This document shows positions 63,685 to 64,000 of a DNA stretch of 64,000 nt, one piece after another (within the stretch, counting starts at the first letter, position 1; every line of letters starts with the position of its first letter). Source of the stretch: Verrucomicrobiaceae bacterium (GTDB taxonomy: Bacteria; Verrucomicrobiota; Verrucomicrobiia; Verrucomicrobiales; Akkermansiaceae); the NCBI GenBank assembly GCA_051252135.1, contig JBPOGH010000001.1, forward strand, positions 320,001 through 384,000. Direction: 5' to 3'. Below the pieces are notes generated by a model. That model saw only the letters and a list, made by a program, of their open reading frames with translations, did no database searches and was not told the origin of the DNA. The position numbers and the translations under genes were made by a program.

Positions 63685-64000
63685 CTATTCCCACTCGATA
63701 CTCGCGGGCGGCTTCGTGGAAATGTCGTACAAAACACGGTTAATCCCGGAAACCTCATTAAGGATATCCTGACTCGCCTCACGAAGGAGCTGCGCTGGCA
63801 AATCCACCCACTCGGCCGTCATGGCATCTTCACTAATCACGGCACGCAAATTTGTCGCCCATTCATAGCTCCGCTCATCCCCCTTGACCCCAACCGTTTT
63901 GACCGGAATCAGACCAGCATAGGCCTGCCAAACCTTGTCATACCATCCGTGCTCCTTGAGTTTGCCAATGAAAATGGCATCGCAATCACGGATGATCGCC
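63685..64000 (-). CDS. guaA: GMP synthase, C-terminal part (truncated by window end)
   Basis: Own translation: ...[24 protein letters not shown]...DAMTAEW...[24 protein letters not shown]. Confidence 0.93.
   Translation of the reverse strand, partial: AIIRDCDAIFIGKLKEHGWYDKVWQAYAGLIPVKTVGVKGDERSYEWATNLRAVISEDAMTAEWVDLPAQLLREASQDILNEVSGINRVLYDISTKPPASIEWE

Overview
Mostly core-genome segment of a PVC-superphylum bacterium, most likely Verrucomicrobiota. The assignment is inferred from the DUF1501/DUF1549-1553 clusters, TIGR03790, GSII-type glutamine synthetase, PlsY/GpsA and regulatory-only HprK-HPr-EI. About 46 CDS and one tRNA-Pro(GGG); no mobile element, CRISPR array or rRNA seen. The accessory-like left 17 kb carries a membrane pseudokinase divergent from a DUF1501/PPC/heme-DUF1549-1553/heme-WD40 operon, an FG-GAP + ASPIC/UnbV + thioredoxin-like + TPR gene split by one in-frame TGA, and a triple-LamG secreted protein. 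Best finding: that TGA (12139-12141) is followed, 17 nt later, by the apical loop of a hairpin fitting the bacterial SECIS model, so the two ORFs probably form one ~1236-aa exported selenoprotein. Also notable: a minimal kinase-PP2C fusion directly upstream of a sigma54-driven GSII gene, many probable leaderless promoters, and an active/inactive HtrA-like protease pair. All family calls come from motif recognition by eye; no searches were run.
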